IMG/VR virus record: IMGVR_UViG_3300009008_000022
Coordinates: 17,459-81,458 of that record
From: a virus
Direction: 5' to 3' (one strand)
Length of the DNA stretch: 64,000 nucleotides
Position 1 is the first letter of the stretch. Every line of letters begins with the position of its first letter. The notes under the pieces are model-generated. The model was not told the origin of the DNA. It was given only the letters and a program-made list of their open reading frames with translations, and ran no database searches. Of this stretch, positions 29,093 to 38,381 are shown piece by piece. Both the position numbers and the translations under genes were made by a program.

Positions 29093-29331
29093 TGCCTCGT
29101 TACCTCGTGTCAATTCAACCCGAATACAGCTTGGATCCAGAGGACGCCTTACACGTCACGATCAAGACGGTGGACCTGGGCAACAAGTGGACCGCTTACC
29201 ATGTAAGCCCCGAGGGGGAGGTGGGCTGGCGTGCGTTTGGAAAGACAGAGGCAGAGGCGGTGCTGGATCTGCTCCGGCGGGATGAGATACCCGACGTTCC
29301 CGAGCTGCCCACCGGTGAGTGGCCGGGATGA
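29092..29331 (+). CDS. Hypothetical protein
   Basis: Coupled TGATG start. Confidence 0.45.
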   Translation: MPRYLVSIQPEYSLDPEDALHVTIKTVDLGNKWTAYHVSPEGEVGWRAFGKTEAEAVLDLLRRDEIPDVPELPTGEWPG

Positions 29332-29822
29332 GCACGCTACAGCTCGTGCTGATTCTGGCGCTGGCCCTGGCCCAACCTGCCAGGCCGGTGGACACCGGAA
29401 TAGCGAGCTTGTATCGCCCCTGGCGCAAGGGTCCGCTTGTTCCCTACGCGAGCTATCCAGGCCGGCCGAAAGTGGCGCCGAAGCCAAGCGATCTAGTCTG
29501 TGCTGCTCGCTACCGCTACGGCCGCCACCGGATCAGGTTTGGCACGGTGCTGCGCCTCGTGAGCGTGACCAGGGCGGGCAAGGTGCGCGGGATAGGGCTT
29601 TGCATGGTGCTGGATCGCGGCCCCTACGGCACTTGTGAGCCGTCGCCAGGCCACAAGGGGCGAAGGTGCCCAGAGGGGTATAAATGGGGCGTGAACGTCA
29701 AAGCGGCGCCGCCTGGTGGGTGGTATCGCGGCGTGGTGGACGCAACGCCGGACGTGCACAAAATGATGCGCAGCTCCGGCTGGACGCGCGTTAGAATGGA
29801 AATTCTCAAGGCGGGAAAATGA
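29328..29822 (+). CDS. Secreted RlpA-like (DPBB) lytic transglycosylase-fold protein
   Basis: Signal peptide; TGIASLY, CAAR...FGTVLR, VLDRGPY, VVDAT. Confidence 0.7.
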   Translation: MSTLQLVLILALALAQPARPVDTGIASLYRPWRKGPLVPYASYPGRPKVAPKPSDLVCAARYRYGRHRIRFGTVLRLVSVTRAGKVRGIGLCMVLDRGPYGTCEPSPGHKGRRCPEGYKWGVNVKAAPPGGWYRGVVDATPDVHKMMRSSGWTRVRMEILKAGK

Positions 29823-30080
29823 ACGGCGTTACCTGGCATTGGTCAAACGTAAATCAGGCGTGGTTGATCCTGTGGAACGAAACCCTGTTGGCGGTCAAGA
29901 ACACGGCAGCGGAGCGCGACGATTACTTGCGCGAGCTGGGGATCGAGTCCCGGTGAGCTGGCGACTGTCAATCAGTGGGCCTTACCGGCGGCAAGGTTGC
30001 AGTCCGGCCGCGGCAAGCAGGGCCGCCGCGGTGTGTCTCGCCCTGGCCGCCATGATCGCGCTGTACTGGTGCGGGGGAGG

Positions 30081-30629
30081 ATGAAAATGGTTCTGTACTT
30101 CATTGGCAACGCAGCTCAGTTTGACCTGTTAGACGCCATGGCAAAGGGGCTGTTCAAGCCAGGAGAAAAGCAAGTCTGGGGCGCGCGGTGCCTTGAGGTG
30201 GAGCCGAGCCATAAGAAGGCAATGATCGGCTACGGGATGCTCCTGGGCTTCACCGTGACGGATGAGGCCGGAGATCTGCTGACCGACGCCGGCCACCCCA
30301 TGTGGCGCAGCAAGCTCGACGAGAGCCCGTCCGAGGGCAAGTGCAAGTGCTCCGGGTGCTCCCAATTTGAGGCGCCCGCTATCGGGTACGGCGAAGGCGA
30401 GCCGCCCGATGAGGTGGTGGAGGTGTCTTATGCGGTTATGGATCTATTGCGGAGCATGGACACTCCCTACGACGTTGGAATCAGCGCGCTGCTTTCGATT
30501 GTCGTTACCGCGCTTGCCAGGCCAGGACACACCCCCGAGCTGGTTCAACAGCTCCACGATGCGATTGATCGGGCGTTTGATGAGGCCGCCCCATGCCACC
30601 CCGCGCGGCCTGCCGGTGAAGCGAACTAG
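30081..30629 (+). CDS. Hypothetical protein
   Basis: GGAGG RBS. Confidence 0.5.
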   Translation: MKMVLYFIGNAAQFDLLDAMAKGLFKPGEKQVWGARCLEVEPSHKKAMIGYGMLLGFTVTDEAGDLLTDAGHPMWRSKLDESPSEGKCKCSGCSQFEAPAIGYGEGEPPDEVVEVSYAVMDLLRSMDTPYDVGISALLSIVVTALARPGHTPELVQQLHDAIDRAFDEAAPCHPARPAGEAN

Positions 30630-30928
30630 GTTTAGCGGTACGCCGGCCGGGTCCATGGTGGACTCGCACCAGCCAAAGCTAGACCTGGACCCGTTCATGC
30701 GACGGGTACGCCGGTTGATCGGGTGGGCTATCCTGAAAGGCGCCACGCCGCATAGCTGCATTCTCGCCCTGGACGGAGTGCGCGCCGAGCTGGAGAAAAT
30801 GAACTGGCATTACAAGAGCAGATCCGCCGCGGTGGCGGACCTGCAATCCCACGACTGGCGCCGTCGCGCTTGACAGCAAATCACAGCCGATCAAATGTAG
30901 TCGCTGTAAATAACAGCGGAGATAGACC

Positions 30929-31162
30929 ATGGCAATGCTCAGCCTCACCCCGACACAGCTCGCACTTCTGGAAACCCTGGACGGCCGCCGGCTGACCCAC
31001 TACAAGGATGCTGCTATCGCCATCGGCAAGGACAACGGCCCGGTTATGCGGTCGCTGCGCAGCCTGGAGGACAAGGGGCTGGCCGTCGCCAACGCCGCGG
31101 GTGACAGCTTCAAGCGCACGTCCGCCGGAAGCTCCGAGATCAAGGTGCGGCTGCATAACTAG
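30929..31162 (+). CDS. Small winged-HTH (MarR-like) protein
   Basis: LTPTQLALLE...VMRSLRSLEDKGL; GGAG RBS; TTGACA at 30870. Confidence 0.65.
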   Translation: MAMLSLTPTQLALLETLDGRRLTHYKDAAIAIGKDNGPVMRSLRSLEDKGLAVANAAGDSFKRTSAGSSEIKVRLHN

Positions 31163-31163
31163 C

Positions 31164-31901
31164 ATGGGCGCAGCTCAAGACATACGGCTGCGCAGCTCCG
31201 AGGATCTAGCCGCCCTGGCAAACCCGAGCTGTAGGCGGTGCTACGGCCGCGGCTACACCGGCCGCAACGTGATCAACGGGGCGCTGCTCTGGTGTCGATG
31301 CGTGGTCAAGGCGGTGGAGGAAGGCAGGCAACCCACCGAAGAAGCGCGCCAGGCCGCCGCAGGCAAGCTCAAGCCGAGCGAGATAAACAAGGCCCGAGCC
31401 GAGCGCCTGTCCACCCTGGTGGAAGGGCTGGAAGCCAAGGCTGCGCAGTATGAGCGCGAAGTGGACGAGGAAACAGCCGACCTGGCCGCGGAGGTGGAGG
31501 ATCTAGCCATGGCCGCGGAGTGGATCGAGGCCGAAGCCAGCGCCATACATGCGGCCGGATCGTTGCTCGAAACCAAGGCGGCCGAGCTGCTGTTTGACGT
31601 GGTAGCAGCTCAGCAGCGAATCGAGGATGAGCGGCGGCTAATCCGGCAGCTTAAAGCGCAGGCGGTGGAGTGCGATACCGAGGGGGAGCGCAAGCGGCGT
31701 GAAGCCCAGGCTATGATCGATGAGTCCCGATACAATGGGGCGCACGCGCAGCTCGCGAGAGGCCAGCGCGACATGAGCCGGCAGAGCCGTAAGAAGCTAC
31801 GCAAGGCAACCGAAGCCCGACGACGGGCGGACAAACTGCGCAAGCGGCTGCATGGCCTGCAAGCGCGCATAGATGGAGGGCAAGAGAATGGATCGGATTA
31901 A
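31164..31901 (+). CDS. Zn-finger plus coiled-coil protein
   Basis: CRRCYGRG...CRCV followed by a long heptad-rich region. Confidence 0.55.
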   Translation: MGAAQDIRLRSSEDLAALANPSCRRCYGRGYTGRNVINGALLWCRCVVKAVEEGRQPTEEARQAAAGKLKPSEINKARAERLSTLVEGLEAKAAQYEREVDEETADLAAEVEDLAMAAEWIEAEASAIHAAGSLLETKAAELLFDVVAAQQRIEDERRLIRQLKAQAVECDTEGERKRREAQAMIDESRYNGAHAQLARGQRDMSRQSRKKLRKATEARRRADKLRKRLHGLQARIDGGQENGSD

Positions 31902-32124
31902 CAACATTCTGAAAGGCGACAGCGCCGCGGGCAAGACCATCACCTCGACGCTGCCGAAGCCGGACGTTGACAAGCTGGACGCGCTGTGCCGGCAGCTTAG
32001 CGTGCGGCGGTCGGAGTTTATCAAGGCGGCCGTGATGGACTCGGCGGACAAGATCGCGACCGAGCGCGGCGGGTGGGATGCGGTTGTCGCCGCGGACATG
32101 CCCGAGCCAGGCGACGACGAGTGA
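31888..32124 (+). CDS. CopG/RHH regulator
   Basis: TITSTLPKPDVDKLDALCRQLSVRRSEFIKAAV. Confidence 0.7.
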   Translation: MDRINNILKGDSAAGKTITSTLPKPDVDKLDALCRQLSVRRSEFIKAAVMDSADKIATERGGWDAVVAADMPEPGDDE

Positions 32125-33164
32125 GCAAGCTACCGCAGAGCCAGGCCGCGGCGCGTGACTTGCTGGAGGTGATGCGAGCCGCCAGCAAACCGATCCTTGC
32201 CGCCAACGGCATACGGGAGTCGCCAGGCCGGCGCGTGACAACCTGGGAGGACGGCCGTGGGCCGGCTGGCATGGCGTACCACTGGACCGGCGGCTGGAGC
32301 TGGAAAGGGGCGGCCAACTGGCTTAACTTCCCCTGGACAATCATCAAGGGCGGCGAGACAGAGCCAGGCAACCGTGGCAGCTCTGCTCAAGTACTGATCA
32401 TGGACCGGGATTGCATCGGGGACGCCTGGCCCGCCGAGCTGCGCAGCCTGTTTCCTGTGCCCACCCTGATCCTGTCACCCTGGACCGCTTCAACGTGGTG
32501 CACGAATTGGGTAAACAAGCTATGCGTCGGGGTGGAGCTGCGCAACAGTGGCCCCTGGCGCAAGGGCGAAACCCACCTGGGCAAAGCGCCCATGATGGCT
32601 TACGGGCAGCAATTCGAGCCGTACACGCAAGAGCAGATGATCAGCGCGATCAACCTTGGGCGCCTCGTGCGACAGTGGCGCGGTGACAAGCTGGATCCCA
32701 AGTGGATCGTCGGGCATTCCATGATCTCGATCAACAAAGCCGACCCTGGCCCGCTGTGCCCCATGCACCGCATGAGGTGGGCAATCTGGGATACCAAAGA
32801 TCCGGCCGAATACTGGTGGGTCCAGCGGCTACCCGAGGCGCCCTCAAACGAGGGCGTAGATGAGCCTGTCGCCCTGGGCGACGATGATCGCAACGGGCCG
32901 GACCTGTCGGAAATGATCCTGGTACATGACAAGTTTGTCGGCCTGGACGATCCAGGGTTTGCCACCGAGGCGCTATGGTGGCTGGGCTGGCAGGTTGGGC
33001 CGGAGCAGTTGCCACCGGCCGCGCTGAAAGAGTTTGTCTCCTACTACCAGCGCCACACCCGGTGCACTAAGAACAAAACGCTCCACCTGAAGGTTGACGG
33101 CGTACCAGGGCCGAAAACGTGCGCCAGCATGGACGCCAGGCTACGGCGCCTTGGGTTGCGGTAG
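32121..33164 (+). CDS. Endolysin: N-acetylmuramoyl-L-alanine amidase (Amidase_2) with C-terminal PG-binding domain
   Basis: YHWTG, N..CVGVEL, YTQEQ, IVGHS...KADPG, LKVDGVPGPKT. Confidence 0.88.
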   Translation: MSKLPQSQAAARDLLEVMRAASKPILAANGIRESPGRRVTTWEDGRGPAGMAYHWTGGWSWKGAANWLNFPWTIIKGGETEPGNRGSSAQVLIMDRDCIGDAWPAELRSLFPVPTLILSPWTASTWCTNWVNKLCVGVELRNSGPWRKGETHLGKAPMMAYGQQFEPYTQEQMISAINLGRLVRQWRGDKLDPKWIVGHSMISINKADPGPLCPMHRMRWAIWDTKDPAEYWWVQRLPEAPSNEGVDEPVALGDDDRNGPDLSEMILVHDKFVGLDDPGFATEALWWLGWQVGPEQLPPAALKEFVSYYQRHTRCTKNKTLHLKVDGVPGPKTCASMDARLRRLGLR

Positions 33165-33194
33165 CCCGTCGAGAACAGGTATCGTCGTGGGGCT

Positions 33195-33584
33195 ATGACA
33201 AATGACATTCCGAGCAGACTAGCGAAGCTAGAGCAGAGACAGGAGCACGTCGAAAAACAGACCGCAGAGCATGATGCTACAATGAATCAGCTCGCGCATT
33301 GGAGGGCGTCAACGGAGGGGCAATGCGCAGAGCACGGGGCGCGGATAACGGAGATTCTAGGGCGGGTGGGCGAAGTGGAGGCGCTAGTGGAGCGGTTCAA
33401 GGGCGCACGGATTATGCTGGTGCTGATCTTCACAGCTCTGATGAGCATGATCGGGATGATGTTTTCCGCATACCAAATCTACCGCGAGAAGCCCAAGTCA
33501 CCGGCTGCGCCGGCTGTTCAGCGTGTACCTTCACCCCGCGTATCACAGACAGCTCCACCTCAACCCAAAGTGAGGCGAAAATGA
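33195..33584 (+). CDS. Coiled-coil plus single-TM protein (holin/antiholin-like)
   Basis: N-terminal coiled coil, one TM helix; follows the endolysin. Confidence 0.55.
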   Translation: MTNDIPSRLAKLEQRQEHVEKQTAEHDATMNQLAHWRASTEGQCAEHGARITEILGRVGEVEALVERFKGARIMLVLIFTALMSMIGMMFSAYQIYREKPKSPAAPAVQRVPSPRVSQTAPPQPKVRRK

Positions 33585-33829
33585 CAGAGAAGAAAAGCAG
33601 CCCCGGCTACAAAACAACGGAGTTTTGGCTCAGCCTGATCGTGGTGGTTCTGGGCGCGTTCATGGCGTCGGGCATGGTTCCCGGCGACCACGTTGCGATC
33701 AAGGTCGGCGGCATGGTGATGGCGGTGCTTTCCGGCATGGGTTACACGGCTGGCCGGAGCAAGATCAAGGCCGCGGCCGAGGTGAGCAACGGCAAGCATC
33801 CCCCCGTGGCAAAGGATGGTGAAAAATGA
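33581..33829 (+). CDS. Holin (2 TM)
   Basis: PGYKTTEFWL followed by two TM helices and GYTAGRSKIK. Confidence 0.7.
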   Translation: MTEKKSSPGYKTTEFWLSLIVVVLGAFMASGMVPGDHVAIKVGGMVMAVLSGMGYTAGRSKIKAAAEVSNGKHPPVAKDGEK

Positions 33830-34299
33830 GGCGGCCCCTGCAAGCAGCCGGCGCCCTGGTGCTGGCCCTGATTCTCTCCATGACCGTTGCCTGTGGCACG
33901 TCAACGCTCAAGAAGATCCACATGGCGAATGAAGGCGTGGCAGCTCTAACCAGGGCGGTTATCCCCGCCTGGGATCAAGCCTGCCAGGACAAGGCGAGCG
34001 AGTGCAACACGACGGCCAAGGCCGAGCTGGGCAAGTGCAAGGCCGGAGCTGCCGATGAGGCGGCCACCGCGGCGTGCGTCGAGGCGGCCAAGTCCGGCGC
34101 CCTGGCGTGCATCAAGCCGTGCAAGGAAGCCCGAGCGGCCTACTACAAGGCGGCCAACGGCGCCCACGTTGCGTGCGCGTCCGCGGCCGTGCTGGCGACC
34201 CTGGAAAAAGAGGACGCCGCGATTGCCAAGCTATCCACCGCCCTGGGCGCGCTCAAGACAGCTCAGGAGCTTGCTACCAAGGCCGGACTGATCAAGTAG
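33826..34299 (+). CDS. Cys-rich lipoprotein (spanin-like candidate)
   Basis: Lipobox LSMTVAC after a hydrophobic leader; helical Ala/Cys-rich body; in the lysis cassette. Confidence 0.55.
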   Translation: MRRPLQAAGALVLALILSMTVACGTSTLKKIHMANEGVAALTRAVIPAWDQACQDKASECNTTAKAELGKCKAGAADEAATAACVEAAKSGALACIKPCKEARAAYYKAANGAHVACASAAVLATLEKEDAAIAKLSTALGALKTAQELATKAGLIK

Positions 34300-34432
34300 C
34301 TGGCCTAACCAAATGACGTGGATCCCCTGCCATTGCGGTGAGTACTGGTGCACGGTGCACAAGTGCCACACTTTTGAGTGCTCGTGTCCGCCGATAGAAG
34401 AATGGGAAACAGACCCTTACCGGGAGGTTGAA

Positions 34433-34633
34433 ATGGATTGGTCAAGCATCATCGGAACAGGTATCGGCGCGCTGGCTCAGGCCGCGGTCGGTTTCGCCAA
34501 GTCGGCGTTTGGCGTGGACGTAAAAGCGGACGACGTGATCAAGGCGGCCAACGGTTACATTGCAGCCAATACCAGCGCCCAGGCCGAAGCTGACAAGGCA
34601 GACGACGCAACCGCCACCGAAGGTCTGGAGTAG
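34433..34633 (+). CDS. Small hydrophobic hypothetical protein (the ORF may start at 34313)
   Basis: GGGAGG RBS before the ATG at 34433. Confidence 0.45.
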   Translation: MDWSSIIGTGIGALAQAAVGFAKSAFGVDVKADDVIKAANGYIAANTSAQAEADKADDATATEGLE

Positions 34634-34642
34634 CCCGCCGCA

Positions 34643-34957
34643 ATGCCGATCCGTGAGTACAAATGCCGGCGGTGCGGCCTGGTGAGTGAGCACCTCATCC
34701 TGTCCAGCTCAGACCGGCCGGAGGAGTGCCCCGGCTGCCCTGGGCTACCGGACGCGCTAGAGCTGGTGACGATAAGCCGGAGCAGCTTTGTCATGGGGCG
34801 GCCCAACGTGGGCAAGGTCTACACGTCCGACGCGCAGATGGAAGCGGAGCACGGCGCGGACTGGCGCGAAACACCCGGCAGTCGAGCCATGACGGACGGC
34901 AACCCCATACCAGAGCGGCAGCATTTTGACCAAAAGGCGAAAGCTAGGGCAGAATGA
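34643..34957 (+). CDS. FmdB-family zinc-ribbon protein
   Basis: MPIREYKCRRCG...ECPGC. Confidence 0.8.
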   Translation: MPIREYKCRRCGLVSEHLILSSSDRPEECPGCPGLPDALELVTISRSSFVMGRPNVGKVYTSDAQMEAEHGADWRETPGSRAMTDGNPIPERQHFDQKAKARAE

Positions 34958-34961
34958 TCGT

Positions 34962-35486
34962 ATGCCCGACGACGACGCCCCAAAGCCCCTGCCCCCGTCC
35001 GCCCGTTGGATTAACTACGCCAAGGCCGCGGCCATCTTGATCCCCGTCATTTACGCCGTCTACCAGGGCCACACCGGCAAGGAATCGGCGGACAAAAACA
35101 CCGCGAAGGTGGGAGAGGCATGGGGACTGCTCCAGCCCACCGTCAACACGCAGACCGACGCGCTACATGATCTGTTTGAAAGGGTCCGGCGCCTGGAGAG
35201 CGCAGCCATGGCCGGTATGGGCATGGGAGGCATGGACTTGCCGCGGCCGGCGCGTGTGGTGGTGGAGGAATACAAGCCGAAGCCCAAAAAACCCAGGGTT
35301 AAAAAGCCAAAGCGGCGCCCAAGGCCAGGGGAGCCGGTAGCAGCCAGCCCCATGAGCCGGACGCCGCCCCCACCGAAGCCGGCGCCCAGGCCGGACGCCG
35401 GAGCACCGCCAACTCGCAAGTTCAAGCTGCGCAAGTTGCCAACCAACCTCACGGCCCAACAGCGTGCGCCAGCAGCCAGTTTATAG
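34962..35486 (+). CDS. Membrane-anchored protein with Pro/Lys-rich tail
   Basis: One TM helix, coiled coil, PKPK-rich C-terminus. Confidence 0.55.
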   Translation: MPDDDAPKPLPPSARWINYAKAAAILIPVIYAVYQGHTGKESADKNTAKVGEAWGLLQPTVNTQTDALHDLFERVRRLESAAMAGMGMGGMDLPRPARVVVEEYKPKPKKPRVKKPKRRPRPGEPVAASPMSRTPPPPKPAPRPDAGAPPTRKFKLRKLPTNLTAQQRAPAASL

Positions 35487-35626
35487 ACCGCCACCGGTTG
35501 CCCCTGCCACGCCTGGCGAGCCCACCTGGCACAAGTGCACAGCCTGTGGGGGGCTGACCCTGGACCCGCGGCCTGGCACCTACTCCTGCCCCCGATGCGA
35601 CGGTACAATGGCAGAGGTGCCCGAGG

Positions 35627-37393
35627 ATGAGATCAACCCGCAAGCTGCCGAATAACTGCCTACGCAGGCACGATCCACCGGTACGCACGCCCGTTGTGGG
35701 CGGCCAAGTCCAGCGGTCGCTCAAGGACGTAATCAGCGAGATCAAGGATCAGGGCGAGCTGCAATCTTCGCTCACGTCCGCCACAACTCAGGCCGCGCTG
35801 CATGAGCACATGCTCGTGGCGAGCTGCGCTTACTTCGCAGAGGCGACGATCAGCGGTCCTAACGAGGAGCCTTACAACGGCCGGTTTCTAATCGCAAAGC
35901 ACCACCTGGCATGGGATGAGGCGCTGCTCAGCAACAAGAAGCTCTGCATTCAGGCAGCTCGTGACCACGGCAAGAGCCACTTTTGGGCGGTCGCTTTCCC
36001 AATCTGGCTTGGCGGGTGGCGAATGCCTGGCGGCCTGGGCTATATGTTCAGCGCGAGCCAGGAGCTTGCCGAGGAAAAGCTGGAGCTGGTCAAGCGCGAG
36101 ATCAAACAGAACGAGGCGCTGCATTGGCTGATACCCGAGAGCGGTGAGCGGTACTGGTCAAAGCGGGAGATCCGGCTGAGCACCGGAACCATCATCCGAG
36201 CCCGCGGTTGGGGCGTCCGCGTCCGAGGCGGCCACCCTCAGTGGATCATTGCAGACGACGTGTTAGACGACGACTGCTTGTATTCGGAAACCATCCGGCG
36301 CCGGTCGGTTGAGTACTTCTTCAGCGTGCCCGTCAACATGGTGGTGCCGAACGGCTGGCTCGTCGTGGTCGGTACGCCGTTTCACTTCGCGGACCTGTAC
36401 CACAAGATCGCGGAAACCGGGAAATACGCCTGCTTAACTTTTGCCGCCCTGGACGGCGAAGATCCGCTATTCCCGCAGCGGTACAACGCAGCTCGCTTGC
36501 AGGACAAACGAGAGGAGATCGGAGAGATCCGGTTTGCTCGCGAGTTTCTGTGCCGGCCGCTATCCGATGAGGCGTCCCTGTTTCCGTCGCACCTGTTTGA
36601 AGGTGACGAGGTGCGCGTGCCGTACCGCCTGGGCATGGGCGCGGACCATTGGGAGGAGCGAAACATGCTCCGGTACACCGGCGTTGACCTGGCCTTTTCC
36701 GCCGAGACTGGCGCGGACTACACCGTGATCATCACGATTGCAGTAGACCCGCACGGCAACCGGTGGCTGGCAAACATGCGCAGGGGCCGCGGTTGGGGCT
36801 ATTCCAGGCAGATCCAGGAGATGAAAGAGGAGTACGCGCTCATGCGGCCTGATATGTTCCACATCGAGGCCAATCAGGCTCAGCGCATCCTGGGCGATTC
36901 AATCGCAGCTCAGTCCATTTTGCCCGTCCGGCTTTTCTTCACGGCCGGCGCTCAGCCCAAAAAGCCCTGGACCCGCGGCATGACCAGCATTACCGCAGGC
37001 AAGCACAGCCTGGACCGCGGCGTACCGAGCTTGAGGCTGGCATTCGAGCGCAAGAAGTGGCGGATCCCGCGCGGTGACGCGCACGCCATTGACATGACCG
37101 ACACCTGGATCGCGGAGTTTAATTGCATTGCCTACGAAAACGGCAAGGTTGAGTCCGTGGGCGAGCATGACGATTGCGTGATGGCTACTTGGATGGCGGA
37201 CACCGCAGCTCGCATGGGCGAAGGTGTTACGATGGTATTCGGAGGAGAGGAAGCAGAGCCGGAAAATGTTGATCCAGACGCGCCCGAAGCGGAGGATCTA
37301 GACTACTTCGGGCTAGGTGAGTACGATGCTGGGGAGGAACAACCCCCGCAGTACAACCTGGGAAGCCTGATCGGAGACAGAACAGGAGAGTGA
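35627..37393 (+). CDS. terL: Terminase large subunit
   Basis: AARDHGKS (Walker A), VRGGHP..IIADD (Walker B), VVGTP, FAREFLC, GVDLA, HDDCVMA nuclease motifs. Confidence 0.95.
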   Translation: MRSTRKLPNNCLRRHDPPVRTPVVGGQVQRSLKDVISEIKDQGELQSSLTSATTQAALHEHMLVASCAYFAEATISGPNEEPYNGRFLIAKHHLAWDEALLSNKKLCIQAARDHGKSHFWAVAFPIWLGGWRMPGGLGYMFSASQELAEEKLELVKREIKQNEALHWLIPESGERYWSKREIRLSTGTIIRARGWGVRVRGGHPQWIIADDVLDDDCLYSETIRRRSVEYFFSVPVNMVVPNGWLVVVGTPFHFADLYHKIAETGKYACLTFAALDGEDPLFPQRYNAARLQDKREEIGEIRFAREFLCRPLSDEASLFPSHLFEGDEVRVPYRLGMGADHWEERNMLRYTGVDLAFSAETGADYTVIITIAVDPHGNRWLANMRRGRGWGYSRQIQEMKEEYALMRPDMFHIEANQAQRILGDSIAAQSILPVRLFFTAGAQPKKPWTRGMTSITAGKHSLDRGVPSLRLAFERKKWRIPRGDAHAIDMTDTWIAEFNCIAYENGKVESVGEHDDCVMATWMADTAARMGEGVTMVFGGEEAEPENVDPDAPEAEDLDYFGLGEYDAGEEQPPQYNLGSLIGDRTGE

Positions 37394-37397
37394 CACC

Positions 37398-37976
37398 ATG
37401 AGTAATCGCAGCGTATCGACCCCCGACCGCGCCGGCAAAACGCCGTCCGAGATCGCCAATCGCAACAGCAAGCTCTGCCAGGATCTTGAGGCGCTGCGCA
37501 CCTTCATGCGCAACCATATCCAGGGCGGCTACCTCAAGGCGCCGACTACCAGCAGCGCGCAGCTCACCGGCAGCGGCAACACCACGTTCAATGTGAACTA
37601 CGAGTCCGGCCTGGCCGTGGTCGATGGCGTGGCCGCCAGCGTGCCCCTGAAGGCGGACCTGTCGATCCATGCCGGCAGCAACATCGGTTGGGCAGCTCTG
37701 ACAACCAAGTCGTGCGTGGCGGCCGTGGTTGCCAAGTCCGTTTCCGGCGTGATCACCCTGGTGGCGGTCAAGGGGACCGTGGACCTGGACGCCGACGCCG
37801 TTGGCCCGACCGACGCCGTGATCCAGGCGGCCGTGGGCGCTGGCAACCCGTGGGTCAAGGTGGGGGAAACCACCCTGGAGCGCACCGCGGACACCACCGT
37901 GGTCCAGACCTACGACAATACCAAGCGGCCGATCCTGTGCGTCAACGAGGACAGCCAGCTTGGGGACTGGAGCTAG
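37398..37976 (+). CDS. Probable virion structural protein
   Basis: AGGAG RBS; strongly biased codons; Val/Ala/Thr-rich beta protein after TerL. Confidence 0.55.
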   Translation: MSNRSVSTPDRAGKTPSEIANRNSKLCQDLEALRTFMRNHIQGGYLKAPTTSSAQLTGSGNTTFNVNYESGLAVVDGVAASVPLKADLSIHAGSNIGWAALTTKSCVAAVVAKSVSGVITLVAVKGTVDLDADAVGPTDAVIQAAVGAGNPWVKVGETTLERTADTTVVQTYDNTKRPILCVNEDSQLGDWS

Positions 37977-37988
37977 AGCCCCGATACA

Positions 37989-38067
37989 GGGCACCGGCCG
38001 GCGCTAAACCGGCCGCGAATGGCGCCCTCCAAGCGCGGCCCAATGGCCCGGCCGGCGCCCTGCTTTT
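37989..38067 (+). terminator. GC-rich stem-loop followed by TGCTTTT (possible terminator)
   Basis: GGGCACCGGCCGG ... CCGGCCGGCGCCC inverted arms after the stop at 37976. Confidence 0.4.
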
Positions 38068-38110
38068 GGAGCTGGATCGCGCATGGGCTACCCTGTTTCG
38101 CGTAGGTGGT

Positions 38111-38366
38111 TTTGCTTAACCACCACCTTAACTAGCAGCTTAACTAGGTGCTGTCCCTGCCACCTGGACGCGAGCCGTCCGCCCCCGTCATTTTTGTCCG
38201 TCCGAAGCGGTGGAATTGTCCACCGATACGGTAAAGGTGCGAGATGATTGGGGGCGGCCTGTCGTTTTGCTTAACCTATGGCTTAACTAGCAACTTATCC
38301 AATTCGTAGCAGATGCAGATGCAGATGAAGATCTGTTTTTAAGGGGGGGTGCAGGGGGGGAAACCG
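38111..38366 (+). repeat. Non-coding iteron cluster homologous to the origin segment of the initiator gene
   Basis: Two triplets of 12-bp-period (G/C/A)CTTA(A/T)C repeats, then GTAGCAGATGCAGATGCA and GGGGGTGCAGGGGG, colinear with 16101-16196. Confidence 0.75.
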
Positions 38367-38381
38367 GGAGAAGGATCCGCC

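Noticed and set aside
38111-38330. Possible CRISPR mini-array
   Set aside because: The repeats are 7-8 bp with a 12-bp period and no unique 25-40 bp spacers; they match the initiator iterons instead.
38349-38381. GTG start at 38349 for protein A (and similar upstream extensions of B from 42122 and C from 44673)
   Set aside because: The A extension lies in the iteron/G-tract, and the ATG at 38382 has an RBS. B and C have overlap-coupled ATGs at 42332 and 44712.
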